Of a stretch of DNA of 64,000 bases, positions 1 to 12,768 are shown piece by piece. The stretch lies in the NCBI GenBank assembly GCA_963744715.1, contig CAVUUR010000009.1:98766-162765 (forward strand), given 5' to 3'. Position numbers and translations under genes: made by a program. Origin of the DNA: an uncultured bacterium (GTDB lineage Bacteria; Babelota; Babeliae; Babelales; JACPOV01). Positions within the stretch are counted from its first letter, which is position 1; each line of letters begins with the position of its first letter. The notes beneath the pieces are model-generated. The model had not been told where the DNA came from and made no database searches. It was given only the letters and a program-made list of their open reading frames with translations.

Positions 1-49
1 AAATAGAAAACAAGGTCGTTCATTCTATGGCGCAAAACGGCCTAAATAA
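1..49 (+). CDS. rpsL: 30S ribosomal protein S12, 3' end (partial)
   Basis: Frame 2 reads NRKQGRSFYGAKRPK*, the typical uS12 C-terminus, directly upstream of rpsG. Confidence 0.9.
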   Translation, partial: NRKQGRSFYGAKRPK

Positions 50-73
50 GCGTAAATAAGGAAAGGTGTTTCT

Positions 74-556
<483 letters not shown>

Positions 557-570
557 GTAGAAGGTTAGTC

Positions 571-2641
571 ATGAGTAAAGATTTACAAAATATAGAAATA
601 TAGGTATCGCTGCCCACATTGATGCGGGTAAAACAACGGTTACAGAGCGAATTCTTTTTTATACGGGTGTTACTCATAAGATTGGTGAAGTTCATGAAGG
701 TGAAGCGGTTATGGATTGGATGGAGCAAGAGCGAGAGCGTGGTATTACCATTACCTCTGCTGCAACTACTTGTTCTTGGAAGGATCATCACATTAATATT
801 ATTGATACTCCTGGGCACGTTGATTTTACCATTGAAGTAGGTCGTTCGTTGCGTGTTCTTGATGGAATGGTCGGTGTTTTTTGTGGTGTTGCGGGTGTTC
901 AGCCGCAATCTGAAACAGTATGGCGTCAGGCAAGCGATATAAGGTTCCGCGTATTATTTTTGTTAATAAACTTAGATCGCGTTGGCGCTGATTATTTTAC
1001 GCGTTGTTAACGATATTAATGAAAAGTTACACGTTAATGCTGTTGCTATGCAAATGCAAGTAGGTATGTCAGAAGATTTTAATGCTATTATTGATCTTTT
1101 GACACGTAAAATGGCAACTTTAGTGAAGATGATCAAGGTATCACCGTTACCTGGACTGATGTTCCTGCAGAATACATAGAGCAGATGGAAGAGTTGCGCG
1201 ATAATATTGTTGAAAAAGCATGTGATTTTGATGAAGCATTAGCAGAAAAATATTTAAATGAAGAAGAAATTACTATTGCTGAAATAAAGGCTGCATTGCG
1301 AAAAGGTGTTGTTAGCCAAAAAATTGCATTAGCATTTTGTGGAACTGCTTTTAAAAATAAAGGTGTGCAGCTTAGTGCTTGATGCGGTAGTTGATTATTT
1401 GCCATCGCCATTTGATGTTCCTCCTGTTATAGGGCTGATTCCTGGTAGCGATAAAGAAGAAGAGCGCAAACCGAGTGATCCCGATGGGCCATTTTGTGCG
1501 TTAGTATTTAAAATTATGACCGACCCCTATGTTGGTGTTTTTACGTTTATTCGTGTTTATTCTGGTGAGTTAAAGTCTGGTTCATATGTTTATAATGCAA
1601 ATACTGGTACTAAAGAACGTGTTAGCCGTTTGGTAAAAATGCATGCTAATAAACGAGAAGAAATTGATTCAGTTGAGTGCAGGAGATATTGCTGCCGTCG
1701 TTGGTATAAAAGATGCAACGACGGGGCACACGTTATGTGCAAGAAGGGCATTTATTGCTTTTAGAATCAATTGATGTTCCGGCTCCTGTTATTTCTGCTT
1801 CAGTTGAACCTAAGAATAAAGGTGATTATGAAAAAATGGTTCTTGCTTTACGTAAAATGATGCAAGAAGATCCTTCGTTTAGATTTTCTTATAATCAAGA
1901 GACAGGTCAAACGGTTATTGAAGGTATGGGTGAGTTGCACTTAGAAATTGTCGTTGATCGTTTAAGAAGAGAGCAAAAAGTAGAAATTGTTCAAGGTAAG
2001 CTTCAAGTTGCCTATAAAGAAACAATTCAAAAATCAGTTGATTCAGAAGGTAAATATATTAAGCAATCTGGTGGCCGTGGTCAATATGGTCATGTTTGGG
2101 TTAAATTGGAACCTTTGCCTCGTGGTGGAGGATTTATTTTTGAAGATGATATTGTTGGTGGTACGATACCTAAAGAATTTATTCCTGGTATTCGAAAGGG
2201 TATTGAAGAGGCATTAACAGCGGGTGTTCTTGGAGGATATCCGGTTGTTGATGTGAAAGTATCATTGTATGATGGTTCATATCATGATGTTGACTCTTCA
2301 GAAATGGCATTTAAAATTGCCGGTTCTATGGCATTTAAAAGTGGTATGTCACAAGCGTCTCCTGTATTGTTAGAGCCTATTATGAAAGTTGAAGTGGAAA
2401 CACCAGATGAGTATATAGGTGACGTTATGGGTGATTTAAATTCGCGAAGAGGGCAGATTTTGGGTATGGAAGCTAAAGGCGGTAGCCAAGTTATTAATGC
2501 AGAAGTTCCACTGGAGAAATGCTTGGCTATGCGACAACCTTGCGTTCTATGACAAAGGGTCGCGCTGGGTATTCAATGGAGTTTGAATGTTATAAAGAAG
2601 TTCCAAAACATATTGAAACTTCTGTAACGCAAAAGAAATAG
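571..2641 (+). CDS. fusA: Elongation factor G (several frameshifts, probable sequence errors)
   Basis: [74 protein letters not shown]; split over ORFs 711, 982, 1185, 1339, 1713. Confidence 0.95.
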
Positions 2642-2680
2642 TTTAATAAATTGTAATAACTATCCTGAGGAGACCATTCA

Positions 2681-3873
2681 ATGGCAAAAGAAGGTATATT
2701 TGAAGGAAAAAACCTCACGTTAATATAGGTACTATTGGTCACGTTGACCATGGTAAAACAACGTTAACAGCTGCAATTACAAAATATTTAGCAACAAAAG
2801 GGCAAGCTAATTTTACAGCGTATGACCAAATTGATAATTCTCCCGAAGAACGTGAACGGGGAATTACGATTTCTACATCGCATGTCGAATATGAAACCGA
2901 TAAACGACACTATGCGCACGTAGATTGCCCGGGTCATGCTGACTATATTAAGAATATGATCACAGGTGCCGCTCAAATGGATGGTGCCATTTTAGTTGTT
3001 TCTGCTGCTGATGGCGCTATGCCACAAACGCGTGAACACATCTTATTGGCAAAAAACGTAGGTGTTCCTGCGCTTGTTGTTTTCTTAAACAAAGTTGATA
3101 TGGTCGATGATCCAGAAATGATTGATATGGTCGAAGAAGAAGTTAGAGATCTTATGACCAAATATGGATTTCCTGGGGATAAAGTTCCCGTTATACGTGG
3201 ATCTGCGTTAAAAGCTTTAAATGGCGATACTGGTGAATTAGGTTATCAAGCAATTCAAAAATTATTGGATGCTGTTGATACCTATGTGCCAGAACCAGTA
3301 CGTGATATTGATAAACCGTTCCTTATGCCAGTTGAAGGCGTTTTTTCTATTGCAGGCCGTGGTACGGTAGCAACAGGAAGAGTTGAACGTGGTAGAGTTA
3401 AGGTTGGTGAAGAAGTTGAAATTGTTGGGTTTAATACCAACTTTAAAACAACCGTCACCGGCGTAGAAATGTTTAGAAAAGAATTAAAAGAAGGCCAAGC
3501 TGGTGATAATCTAGGTCTTTTACTTCGTGGTGTTAAGAAGGAAGATATTGAGCGTGGTCAAGTTATTGCAAAAACGGGATCAGTTACTCCTCATCAGAAG
3601 TTTAAGTGCCAAGTATATATCTTAAGCAAAGAAGAAGGCGGTCGTCATAGTGCATTCTTTAATGGATATCGTCCGCAATTTTATTTCAGAACAACGGACG
3701 TTACTGGGATAGTAACGCTTGAGGCTGGTCGTGAAATGGTTATGCCTGGCGATAACGTTAATTTGATTGTTGATTTAATAGCTCCTATTGCAATGGAAAA
3801 AGATTTGCGATTTGCTATTCGTGAAGGTGGTAGAACAGTTGGTTCTGGTGTAGTAACTGAGATTCTTAAATAA
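2681..3873 (+). CDS. tuf: Elongation factor Tu (frameshift near 5' end)
   Basis: [41 protein letters not shown]; SD GAGGAG before ATG 2681. Confidence 0.97.
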
Positions 3874-3891
3874 ACAAGTTAGGTTTTTTTC

Positions 3892-4197
3892 ATGAAAAAG
3901 CAAAGAATTCGCTTATCGTTAAAATCATATGATCATCAATTGCTGGATAAAGCGGTTAAACAAATAGTTTTAACAGTAAAAAGAACAGGTTCCGAAGTAA
4001 TGGGGCCTGTTCCTTTACCTAATCAAAGTCGCTGTATAACAGTATTGAGATCTCCTCATATTGATAAAAAGTCGCGTGAGCAATTTGTTTTAAGAACACA
4101 TAAGCGTATTTTAGATATTGTTGCTCCTTCAGACCAAACAATGGATGCGCTTATGAAATTGAGTATTTCATCAGGCGTAGACGTTGAAATTCGATAA
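3892..4197 (+). CDS. rpsJ: 30S ribosomal protein S10
   Basis: [24 protein letters not shown]; position in S10 operon. Confidence 0.97.
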   Translation: MKKQRIRLSLKSYDHQLLDKAVKQIVLTVKRTGSEVMGPVPLPNQSRCITVLRSPHIDKKSREQFVLRTHKRILDIVAPSDQTMDALMKLSISSGVDVEIR

Positions 4198-4213
4198 TTA
4201 GAAAGGTCTTGAA

Positions 4214-4834
4214 ATGTTAAGAGGTGTTTGGGGGAAAAAAATAGGAATGACACAATTTTTTTCTGAAAATGATGGTGTGATTCCTGTAACAGTTATTAAT
4301 CTTGCTGATTGGATTGTTACTGTTATAAAAAATAAGCAACGTGATGGCTATGATGCTATTCAGGTTGGTTGTAAAAGAGAGAAATATGCCGATCAAGCAT
4401 TTTCGAATGAATGGTTGAAAAAGCCAAAACAATATTTTGGTTTTTTAAGAGAAATTAAAGTAGCTGATGCAAATCACGGTTATGAAGTTGGTCAATCAAT
4501 TGATTTTGGTTCTGCATTATCAATTGGTGAAAAAGTTAATGTTCGTGGTACAACCAAAGGATACGGATTTCAAGGTGTTGTAAAAAGACATGGTTTCCGT
4601 GGAGGCTCAGCAAGTCATGGCCCCCGCTTTGGAAGATGGCCTGGCTCAGTTGGTGCCTTTAGATCACAAGGTAAGGTTATTAAAGGGAAGCGATTGCCGG
4701 GGCACATGGGTTGTACGCAACGAGTTATGCGACAATTAGAAGTAATAAATATTGAACCAGCATCACGAATTGCTCTTGTAAAAGGATCAGTTCCTGGTAG
4801 TTCCGGTTCGTTGGTATTCATGCAGAAAGCGTAG
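4214..4834 (+). CDS. rplC: 50S ribosomal protein L3
   Basis: GKKIGMTQ, KGYGFQGVVKRHGF, PGHMG. Confidence 0.97.
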   Translation: MLRGVWGKKIGMTQFFSENDGVIPVTVINLADWIVTVIKNKQRDGYDAIQVGCKREKYADQAFSNEWLKKPKQYFGFLREIKVADANHGYEVGQSIDFGSALSIGEKVNVRGTTKGYGFQGVVKRHGFRGGSASHGPRFGRWPGSVGAFRSQGKVIKGKRLPGHMGCTQRVMRQLEVINIEPASRIALVKGSVPGSSGSLVFMQKA

Positions 4835-4842
4835 GTTAAATA

Positions 4843-5502
4843 ATGTGTGCGCAAAAAGCAGCTAAAACTAATGATATTGCACAAGGTAGTATTGTAGAGA
4901 AATTGACACGTAAAAATTTTGACGCAGAACTGCCGCAAAGAAATCTTGATAAAGCAAGCTTTGCTATATATATTCGGCAATTATTACAGAATTGGCGTCA
5001 AGGAACGGTTGCCTGTAAAGGACGTTCTGACGTTAGTTATGCCAATAGAAAGCCATGGAAGCAAAAAGGAACAGGCCGTGCTCGTGCAGGGTCTGCACGT
5101 TCTCCACTGTGGAGAGGCGGCGGTATTATTCATGGGCCTCAGAAACGTGTGCGTACCTTAAAAACATCTAAGCAATTGCGTAGTGGTGTTTTAAATACGT
5201 TGTTCTGGAATTATTTAGAACAAGGAAAAATTGCGTATTTAGATTGGACATTAACGCATGACACGCCTAAAACGTCTCATGCATATAAAGCATTGCAAAG
5301 TGCGAAGTTATTAGATCATAAAATTGCGATTTTTTTATCGCCAGATGATGCCGCGCATTATTCTTCATTTGCAAACATTAAGAATGTAAAAGTACTTTTT
5401 TTTGATGAAGCAAATGCTTATAGCGTAGCGTCAAATGATCGTTTGATTTTTTTGAAAAAAGATTTTGATGCATTTAAGGAAATGGTGGCCAAATGGCTTT
5501 AA
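4843..5502 (+). CDS. rplD: 50S ribosomal protein L4
   Basis: [23 protein letters not shown]. Confidence 0.96.
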   Translation: MCAQKAAKTNDIAQGSIVEKLTRKNFDAELPQRNLDKASFAIYIRQLLQNWRQGTVACKGRSDVSYANRKPWKQKGTGRARAGSARSPLWRGGGIIHGPQKRVRTLKTSKQLRSGVLNTLFWNYLEQGKIAYLDWTLTHDTPKTSHAYKALQSAKLLDHKIAIFLSPDDAAHYSSFANIKNVKVLFFDEANAYSVASNDRLIFLKKDFDAFKEMVAKWL

Positions 5503-5840
5503 CAATTTATGATGTTATACAAAAGCCTATTGTTACCAGTAAGGCTTCTGAATTAGCAAGAAAATTTAATCAATATACTTTACAAGTTCATCCTGATGCA
5601 AATAAACCATTGATTGCTGAAGCATTAAAAAAATTATTTAATGTTTTAGTTAAAGATATAAACATTATAGTTCGTCAGGGAAAAAATCGTACTTTTAAAA
5701 GAATTAAAAGTAAAGGGAAGTTAACTAAGCGAGCTATTGTTACCTTGAAGGCTGGATATTCTTTAAGCGTAGCAGAAGGTCAAGGTTTACCGACAGAGCA
5801 AAGAACTGTTGAGCAATCAGAAGTGATGACGAAGGAATAG
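5493..5840 (+). CDS. rplW: 50S ribosomal protein L23
   Basis: [17 protein letters not shown]; operon position. Confidence 0.93.
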   Translation: MALTIYDVIQKPIVTSKASELARKFNQYTLQVHPDANKPLIAEALKKLFNVLVKDINIIVRQGKNRTFKRIKSKGKLTKRAIVTLKAGYSLSVAEGQGLPTEQRTVEQSEVMTKE

Positions 5841-5846
5841 GATCTT

Positions 5847-6662
5847 ATGGCTATAGTAACGCGAAAACCAAGAAATTCTTCATTGCGAGCTCAAACATTT
5901 CTTAGTTCGACCGATTTGACAACGAATACTCCCGAAAAATCGTTAATCGTTGGATTACGAAAAAAAGGCGGCAGAAATGCTTATGGCCGTATAACGGTAA
6001 GGCATAGAGGCGGCGGTGCTCAACGAAAATATCGTATTATTGATTTTAAACGAGTTGAGCGCGATGTTCCTGGCTCGATTGTTTCAATAGAGTATGACCC
6101 AAATCGTAATGTTCGAATAGGGTTAGTCGTCTATGAAAATGGCGTAAAATGCTACATATTAATGCCGGATGGATTAGGCGTAGGAGCTAAAGTTTTAGCC
6201 GGAACAAACGTTGATCCTAAAACCGGTAATTGTTTGCCGTTAAAATCAATTCCCGTTGGTTTTATGGTGCATAATATTGAAATGAGACCTGGCTCGGGCG
6301 GAAAATTAGCACGAAGTGCTGGTATGTCTGCTCAAATAATGGCCAAAGATGATAATAATGTTACGCTTAAAATGCCATCTGGTGAAATTAGGATGGTAAA
6401 TAATAATTGTTGGGCAACGGTAGGTGTTCTTGGTAATGCCGATCATAAAAACATTGTTATTGGTAAAGCTGGCAGAACAAGACATTTGGGTTTTAGACCT
6501 TCAGTTCGTGGTATGGCTATGAACCCGGTTGACCATCCACATGGTGGTGGTGAAGGTCGTTCTAAATCTGGTTCGCATCCGACAACTCCATGGGGTAAAG
6601 GTTGCAAAGGTACCAGAACAAGAAGACGTAAAAATCCGTTGATTTTAAAGAGACGTAGATAG
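5847..6662 (+). CDS. rplB: 50S ribosomal protein L2
   Basis: [32 protein letters not shown]. Confidence 0.98.
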   Translation: MAIVTRKPRNSSLRAQTFLSSTDLTTNTPEKSLIVGLRKKGGRNAYGRITVRHRGGGAQRKYRIIDFKRVERDVPGSIVSIEYDPNRNVRIGLVVYENGVKCYILMPDGLGVGAKVLAGTNVDPKTGNCLPLKSIPVGFMVHNIEMRPGSGGKLARSAGMSAQIMAKDDNNVTLKMPSGEIRMVNNNCWATVGVLGNADHKNIVIGKAGRTRHLGFRPSVRGMAMNPVDHPHGGGEGRSKSGSHPTTPWGKGCKGTRTRRRKNPLILKRRR

Positions 6663-6688
6663 TTCGTCATTATAGGAAAGAAATAATA

Positions 6689-6973
6689 ATGGCAAGATCG
6701 ATTAGTAAAGGACCATTTGTTGATGAATCTCTTATGAAAAAGATTCAAAAACTTAAAAGTAGTGGTAAGCGAGATGTTGTTAAAACATGGTCAAGACGTA
6801 GTATGGTGATACCAGACTTTGTTGGATTGACTATAGCAGTGCACAATGGGAAAAAATTTATCCCTGTTTTTGTTACTGAAAATATGGTAGGACATTATTT
6901 AGGAGAATTTGCGCCGACAAGAACTTTTAGAGTGCATAGCGGACAACGCAAGGCTGGCGCAACTCCGGAATAA
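6689..6973 (+). CDS. rpsS: 30S ribosomal protein S19
   Basis: [23 protein letters not shown]. Confidence 0.97.
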   Translation: MARSISKGPFVDESLMKKIQKLKSSGKRDVVKTWSRRSMVIPDFVGLTIAVHNGKKFIPVFVTENMVGHYLGEFAPTRTFRVHSGQRKAGATPE

Positions 6974-7071
6974 TTATAATCACCAGACATTTGTATAAAA
7001 ATTATTTATACTAGTTTAAATATGATAAAGAATACGTTTTTATTAGGTGATTTACATACGTAAGGAAAAAA

Positions 7072-7419
7072 ATGCAATTTGTTGCAAAGGCGAAATTTAT
7101 ACGTTATTCGCCATATAAATTAAGACCTTTAGCTGATGTGATTAGAGGGAAAAAAATACCCTATGCTTTAGGCTGGTTGGCAACGCATCAAACAAGAAGG
7201 GTAAGCCCTTTAAAAAAAATGATAGAATCAGCGGTTGCTAATGCAAAACAATTGAAGAACGTTAATCCTGAAGATCTTGTTATTAAAGATCTCCGCATTG
7301 ATCAAGGGCCAATATTTAAGTATTTTAAGCCCGGAGCAATGGGAAGAGCGGTTATATTAAGAAAGCGATTTAGTCATTTAAGTGTTATATTAGAAAATAA
7401 GTCACAAGAAGAGGTATAG
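7072..7419 (+). CDS. rplV: 50S ribosomal protein L22
   Basis: SPYKLR, SAVANA, GAMGRA. Confidence 0.95.
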   Translation: MQFVAKAKFIRYSPYKLRPLADVIRGKKIPYALGWLATHQTRRVSPLKKMIESAVANAKQLKNVNPEDLVIKDLRIDQGPIFKYFKPGAMGRAVILRKRFSHLSVILENKSQEEV

Positions 7420-7420
7420 C

Positions 7421-8053
7421 GTGGGTCAAAAAGTTAATCCTAGAGGATTCAGGCTAGGGATTTATGGCGATTGGGATGCTCGTTGGTTTGCACGAGATTC
7501 TTACGGCAAGCAAATTATTGAAGATATTAAGTTAAGAAAATATCTTAGTAAAATTCTTGATGGTGCTGAAGTTGCTCGAACAGAAATTGAAAAAGCTGGC
7601 GACAACATAAAAATTATTGTTCATTCAGCTCGTCCAGGCGTTGTTATTGGTAAAAAAGGCCAAGACATCGAAGGATTAAGAAAAGAGATTGCTACGCAAT
7701 TGAAAAAAACAGGCGTTGAAGTATCAGTACAAGAAGTAAAAACTCCTGAATTAAATGCAACGTTAGTAGCTAAGAATATTGCTACACAATTGGAAAAACG
7801 AGCTAGTTATAAGCAAGCAATGAAAAAAGCAGCAGATACTTGCATGAGAGCAGGCGCTAAAGGTGTTAAAATTCGTTGTGCTGGTCGATTAGCTGGTGCT
7901 GAAATTGCTCGGGAAGAATGGACACGTAGAGGAGCTGTTCCTTTACATACATTAAGATCAGATATCGATTATGGTTTTGCGGAAGCAATAACAACATACG
8001 GTAAAATTGGTGTTAAGGTCTGGATTTGCAAGGGTGATTTTCAAATAATTTGA
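7421..8053 (+). CDS. rpsC: 30S ribosomal protein S3
   Basis: [28 protein letters not shown]; GTG start. Confidence 0.97.
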   Translation: MGQKVNPRGFRLGIYGDWDARWFARDSYGKQIIEDIKLRKYLSKILDGAEVARTEIEKAGDNIKIIVHSARPGVVIGKKGQDIEGLRKEIATQLKKTGVEVSVQEVKTPELNATLVAKNIATQLEKRASYKQAMKKAADTCMRAGAKGVKIRCAGRLAGAEIAREEWTRRGAVPLHTLRSDIDYGFAEAITTYGKIGVKVWICKGDFQII

Positions 8054-8078
8054 TAATACGGTATGTGGAAGTAAAATT

Positions 8079-8510
8079 ATGTTATTAATGCCAAAAAAAA
8101 CTAAATATCGTAAAGTGCAAAAAGGACGTTTAAAAGGTATCTCTAAAGGTGCGCTAACGGTTGCTTTCGGTGATTATGGACTCAAAGCAGTTGAAGCTTC
8201 TCGGTTAACAGCTCAACAAATAGAAGCAGTTAGAATTACCATTTCTCGTCAGCTAAAAAAAGGTGGTAAGCTTTATTTACGCGTTTTCCCTGATAAGCCG
8301 GTTACCAAAAAACCTGCAGAAACACGTATGGGTAAAGGTAAAGGTAATCCAGAGCTATGGGTTGCCGTAGTAAAAAGAGGCCGTATAATGTTTGAAGTGC
8401 AGGGGTTAGAAGAAAAAGAGGCTAAAGAAGTGCTAAAGTTAGCGGCTTATAAGCTTCCTATGAAAACGCAAATTGTGAAGAAATTGGTGGAAGATCATGA
8501 ACAAAAATAA
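8079..8510 (+). CDS. rplP: 50S ribosomal protein L16
   Basis: [20 protein letters not shown]. Confidence 0.97.
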   Translation: MLLMPKKTKYRKVQKGRLKGISKGALTVAFGDYGLKAVEASRLTAQQIEAVRITISRQLKKGGKLYLRVFPDKPVTKKPAETRMGKGKGNPELWVAVVKRGRIMFEVQGLEEKEAKEVLKLAAYKLPMKTQIVKKLVEDHEQK

Positions 8511-8694
8511 TGTAGAATTTAAAACGATGTCCAAAGATCAGCTTTATAAACAGGTTGAGACATTACGTGGTGAATTATTTAGTTTAAGGCTTAATGGCAC
8601 GGCATCACACATCAAAGACTATTCACAATTTAAAAAATTAAAAAGAGCAATAGCAAGAGCGCTAACGCATTTACGCCAAAAAATACAGGATTAA
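8497..8694 (+). CDS. rpmC: 50S ribosomal protein L29
   Basis: [18 protein letters not shown]; operon position. Confidence 0.92.
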   Translation: MNKNNVEFKTMSKDQLYKQVETLRGELFSLRLNGTASHIKDYSQFKKLKRAIARALTHLRQKIQD

Positions 8695-8711
8695 TTAGTT
8701 AAAGGTAATCA

Positions 8712-8978
8712 ATGGTTGAAGTAGAAAAAACCAAAAAACAAATTTTTCGCGGACGCGTAATTTCAGACAAAATGGATAAAACTATTATTGTTGAACATGA
8801 TAGAACGTATAGAGATCCGCAGGTTCACAAGGTTGTGCAGATAACTAAAAAATATAAGGTGCACGACCAACAAGAACGAGCCAAAGTAGGTGATATTGTT
8901 GAGTTTTATGAAGGCCGCCCGCTTTCAAAAACAAAATATATGTATTTAGCTCAGATTATTACTGAGAACAAGGATTAA
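8712..8978 (+). CDS. rpsQ: 30S ribosomal protein S17
   Basis: SDKMDKTI, KKYKVHD, RPLSKTK. Confidence 0.96.
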   Translation: MVEVEKTKKQIFRGRVISDKMDKTIIVEHDRTYRDPQVHKVVQITKKYKVHDQQERAKVGDIVEFYEGRPLSKTKYMYLAQIITENKD

Positions 8979-8991
8979 TTGAGGTAACAAC

Positions 8992-9375
8992 ATGATACAA
9001 AAGCAAACTTATTTAGAAGTTGCAGATAACTCAGGAGCTAAAGAGGTGCAGTGCATTCACATCGTAGGAGGCACTCGCAAGCGATATGCATACCTTGGAG
9101 ATAGAATTAAATGCGCAGTAAAAAGAGCTATTCCGGGTGGCTTAGTAAAAAAGGGACAAGTGGTAGACGCAGTGATTGTGCGTACGGTAAAAGAATTTCG
9201 TCGTGAAGATGGTAGCTACATACGTTTTAGCGATAACGCGGCAGTAATTCTTGATAAAGAAGGTAAGCCAGTTGGTACGCGAATTTTTGGACCTATCGCA
9301 CGGGAATTACGTCCAAAAAATAAAGAAAAAGCAAAATATTCAGACATAGTTTCTCGTGCTCCAGAAGTTTTATAG
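8992..9375 (+). CDS. rplN: 50S ribosomal protein L14
   Basis: [26 protein letters not shown]. Confidence 0.97.
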   Translation: MIQKQTYLEVADNSGAKEVQCIHIVGGTRKRYAYLGDRIKCAVKRAIPGGLVKKGQVVDAVIVRTVKEFRREDGSYIRFSDNAAVILDKEGKPVGTRIFGPIARELRPKNKEKAKYSDIVSRAPEVL

Positions 9376-9385
9376 TGAGGTTATT

Positions 9386-9697
9386 ATGATGCGTATAAAG
9401 AAAAATGATACTGTTTGCATTATAACGGGTAAAGATAAAAATAAAACAGGAAAAGTAATTGAAATTTTGCATAAAAAAGATAAAGTAATGATTAAAGGTC
9501 TTGCCCTTTCTACGAAACATCTTAAACCACGTAGACAAGGTGAGGTTGCTGGTATTAAAGAAGTGGAAAATTATATACATAGTTCAAAAGTTATGCCAGT
9601 ATGTACTTCTTGTAATAAGCCTGTTCGTGTGAATGCAAAAACGATTGATACTGGTCAGAAAGTTAGAATTTGTAATCAGTGCAAAGAAATTTTTTAA
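9386..9697 (+). CDS. rplX: 50S ribosomal protein L24
   Basis: IKKNDTVCIITGKDK KOW motif; start moved to ATG after SD GAGG. Confidence 0.94.
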   Translation: MMRIKKNDTVCIITGKDKNKTGKVIEILHKKDKVMIKGLALSTKHLKPRRQGEVAGIKEVENYIHSSKVMPVCTSCNKPVRVNAKTIDTGQKVRICNQCKEIF

Positions 9698-9715
9698 GGT
9701 TTTCAAGGATTATCA

Positions 9716-10261
9716 ATGGCTCAAGTGCGCTTAGAAGAATTATATAGACAGTCGGTTCCTCAACTACAAAAAGATTTAGGCTTTGCTAACGTTATGGAAG
9801 TGCCAAAGTTATTAAAGATTGTTCTTAATGTAGGAATAAAAGAATCCGACAGTAAAGTGATGAAAACAGTAGTAAAAATAATCGAGCGTATTTCTGGCCA
9901 AATGCCAGTAAAAACTCTTGCAAAAAAGTCTATTGCAGGATTCAAAATTAGAGAGGGAATGCCTCTTGGCGTTATGGTAACATTACGCAAAAAAAGAATG
10001 TATGAATTTTTGGATAGACTTATTAGTTTAGCGTTGCCAAAAGTTAAAGATTTCCAAGGGATTTCATTAAAGTCTTTTGATGGACGTGGAAATTATAATC
10101 TCGGTATTAAAGAATGGATTATTTTTCCTGAAGCAGAAAGTAATGTTGATGAATTTGTTGGTGGATTAAATATAACAATCCATACAACGGCAAAAAAAGA
10201 TAAAGAAGGCTTATTGTTACTTAAGAGTTTCGGCATGCCTTTTGTTAAAGCAAAGAATTGA
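9716..10261 (+). CDS. rplE: 50S ribosomal protein L5
   Basis: AKKSIAGFKIREG, SFDGRGNY. Confidence 0.97.
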   Translation: MAQVRLEELYRQSVPQLQKDLGFANVMEVPKLLKIVLNVGIKESDSKVMKTVVKIIERISGQMPVKTLAKKSIAGFKIREGMPLGVMVTLRKKRMYEFLDRLISLALPKVKDFQGISLKSFDGRGNYNLGIKEWIIFPEAESNVDEFVGGLNITIHTTAKKDKEGLLLLKSFGMPFVKAKN

Positions 10262-10270
10262 GGTCTTGCA

Positions 10271-10456
10271 ATGGCTAGAAAAGCAATGATAGAAAAATCG
10301 AATAAAACACCTAAATTTGCTGTTCGACAAAGAAACAGATGTAAATTATGTGGTAGACCTCGTGGATATATGCGGTTATTTAAAATGTGTAGGATGTGTT
10401 TTAGAAAGTCAGCTTTAGATGGATTAATGCCTGGCGTGAAGAAATTAAGTTGGTAA
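10271..10456 (+). CDS. rpsN: 30S ribosomal protein S14, Zn-binding type
   Basis: RCKLCGRPR...CRMCFR, 61 aa. Confidence 0.96.
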   Translation: MARKAMIEKSNKTPKFAVRQRNRCKLCGRPRGYMRLFKMCRMCFRKSALDGLMPGVKKLSW

Positions 10457-10478
10457 ACCATAAAGGAATTAGAAATAT

Positions 10479-10871
10479 ATGGATTCAATTGGAGACTTTT
10501 TAACCATTATCCGTAATGGACTTATGCTTGGCAAGCCATCGATAGTTGATTCATATTCAACAATGAAATTTAATATTGCGCAAGTTCTTAAGCGTGAAGG
10601 TTTTATTAAAGGTTTTGAAATTACTGATAGTGAAACTCCTGCTAAAAAGAAAATTGCTATTCTTTTAAAATATGTTGATGGTGAATCTGTTATTCATGAA
10701 ATTACGAGAGCAAGTAAGCCAGGTAGACGTTATTATGCAAAAAGTAAAAATATAAAACCAGTAATAGGAAAATTAGGAATATCTATTCTCACGACCAATA
10801 AAGGCATTATTACAGACAAGCAAGCTGCAGAATTGTCTGTTGGTGGGGAAGTTATTTGCTCAGTTTGGTAA
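10479..10871 (+). CDS. rpsH: 30S ribosomal protein S8
   Basis: IGDFLTIIRN, SKPGRRYY, VGGEVIC. Confidence 0.96.
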   Translation: MDSIGDFLTIIRNGLMLGKPSIVDSYSTMKFNIAQVLKREGFIKGFEITDSETPAKKKIAILLKYVDGESVIHEITRASKPGRRYYAKSKNIKPVIGKLGISILTTNKGIITDKQAAELSVGGEVICSVW

Positions 10872-10881
10872 AGGTGCTTTG

Positions 10882-11421
10882 ATGTCTAAAATTGGAAGAA
10901 AACCAATTGATTTGGGAACTGTTCAGGTTGAACTGAAAAATAATACCGTTTTTTACAAAGGTAAAAAAGGATCAGGGGAACACGTTTTGCCTAGCGCTTT
11001 ACGTGCGCACCTTATTGATCATGCGCTGAAATTAGAGTGTTTGGAATCATCTAGAAAAAATAACATGTTATGGGGACTTCATAGAGCTCTCCTTGCTAAT
11101 GAAATTCAAGGAATTGATTCTGGTTTCCAAGAAGTTGTTAATATTAGTGGATTAGGTTTTAAAGCTGTTTTGGCTGGTAAGGTATTGACCTTTTCATTGG
11201 GGTACAGTCATAAAATTCAATTTCCATTGCCAGAAGGCATAGATGTTGAAGTTGATAAAACTGGTCAAAATGTAACTATTAAGGGCAAAAATCGTCAGTT
11301 AGTAGGTTTAACAGCTTCTAAAATTCGAGCATTAAGACCAGTTGAGCCGTATAAGGCTACTGGAATAAAGAGAGCAGGGGAAGTAGTTTTACGCAAAGCT
11401 GGAAAAACAAAAGCTGCTTAA
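10882..11421 (+). CDS. rplF: 50S ribosomal protein L6
   Basis: MSKIGRKPI, LGYSH, RPVEPYKATGI. Confidence 0.96.
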   Translation: MSKIGRKPIDLGTVQVELKNNTVFYKGKKGSGEHVLPSALRAHLIDHALKLECLESSRKNNMLWGLHRALLANEIQGIDSGFQEVVNISGLGFKAVLAGKVLTFSLGYSHKIQFPLPEGIDVEVDKTGQNVTIKGKNRQLVGLTASKIRALRPVEPYKATGIKRAGEVVLRKAGKTKAA

Positions 11422-11440
11422 TAGGTAATAAGGGTTAATC

Positions 11441-11791
11441 GTGTCTTTACTAAGAAAACTTAAAATAAAAAGAGAAAAACGAGCTCAAAGAGTTCACAAA
11501 GCTATTAAAAAGAGTGAATTATTGAGAGTTTCTGTTTTTAAAAGCCTTAATCACATTTATGGTCAAATAATTGATGACAGCAAGCAAGTTACCTTAGTAA
11601 GTTGCTCGTCATTAGAATTAGATGCTAAGGGTGACAAAAAATCAGTCGCGAAGGCCGTTGGATTAGAGCTTGCGCGCAGAGCAATTGATAAAGGATTGCA
11701 GAAAGTGGCTTTTGATAGGGGTCGTTTTTCGTATCAAGGACGTATTAAAGAGCTTGCTGAAGGACTTCGCGAGGGTGGGCTAACCGTTTAA
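11441..11791 (+). CDS. rplR: 50S ribosomal protein L18
   Basis: SLNHIYGQIIDD, FDRGRFSYQGRI. Confidence 0.95.
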   Translation: MSLLRKLKIKREKRAQRVHKAIKKSELLRVSVFKSLNHIYGQIIDDSKQVTLVSCSSLELDAKGDKKSVAKAVGLELARRAIDKGLQKVAFDRGRFSYQGRIKELAEGLREGGLTV

Positions 11792-11815
11792 CAAGATGAT
11801 AATTTAGGAAAAAAT

Positions 11816-12334
11816 ATGTCTCAGGATCGTAAAGAAAAAAATTTTTTAGACACCGTTGTTAGTGTCAGACGAGTTACAAAAGTTACTAAGGGTGGAAAAA
11901 GATTTTCATTCTCAGCTTTTGTAGTATCAGGTGATCAACAAGGTAACGTTGGTTTTGGAATAGGCAAAAGTAACGAAGTTTCGTCAGCTATTGCTAAAGG
12001 CACTATAAAGGCCCGTAAAGATATGGTTGCAATACCAATTCGTAATAAGACAATTTCTTATAGTATTGTGGGTAAACACGGTGCTAGTAAAGTTCTTATT
12101 AAATCTGCTTGCAAAGGTACAGGCGTTATTGCCGGCGGTGCGGTTCGTGCTATTATGAAAGCAGCGGGAATAGAAGATGTTTTAGCTAAATCTTTTGGAT
12201 CTTCTAATAAACAAAATGTTGTTAAAGCAGCACTTAATGCTTTAGCTAAATTACGTAGTATTCAACAAATAGGGCATTTGCGAGGAAAAACTATTGAAGA
12301 AATAGTGAAGGGAAGCCATGTCTCAGTTAAGTAG
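11816..12334 (+). CDS. rpsE: 30S ribosomal protein S5
   Basis: [22 protein letters not shown]. Confidence 0.97.
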   Translation: MSQDRKEKNFLDTVVSVRRVTKVTKGGKRFSFSAFVVSGDQQGNVGFGIGKSNEVSSAIAKGTIKARKDMVAIPIRNKTISYSIVGKHGASKVLIKSACKGTGVIAGGAVRAIMKAAGIEDVLAKSFGSSNKQNVVKAALNALAKLRSIQQIGHLRGKTIEEIVKGSHVSVK

Positions 12335-12765
12335 TTTGACAAGTTTAGTCAAAAAAAGAAAAAGAATTGGACGAGGTGGGAGCAGAGGGGGTACTTCTGG
12401 TAGAGGTAATAAAGGACAAAAGGCGCGCACCGGTCATTCAACGATGAGAGCCGCTTTTGAAGGCGGTCAAATGCCATTGGTCCGTCGTCTGCCAAAACGC
12501 GGTTTTAATAATAAGCCATTTCAAAAAGAATTCGAAATTATAAATATTGATAGACTTGGAACTTCTATTTGAAATGGGTGAACAGTTACTAAAGATGCAT
12601 TAATTGAAAAAGGTGCAATTAGAGGTAAAAAGGGCGCATTATTAAAGGTACTGGGAAATGGTTCTTTAGTAAAAAAATTATCGTTCATGCAGATGCTATT
12701 AGTAAAAATGCAAAAAAGCAATAGAAAAGTGTGGCGGAGAGGTTCAATTAACCAAGGAGATTTAA
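12318..12765 (+). CDS. rplO: 50S ribosomal protein L15 (frameshifted)
   Basis: [30 protein letters not shown]; continues in other frames as LKVLGNG and IEKCGGEV. Confidence 0.92.
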
Positions 12766-12768
12766 GTA

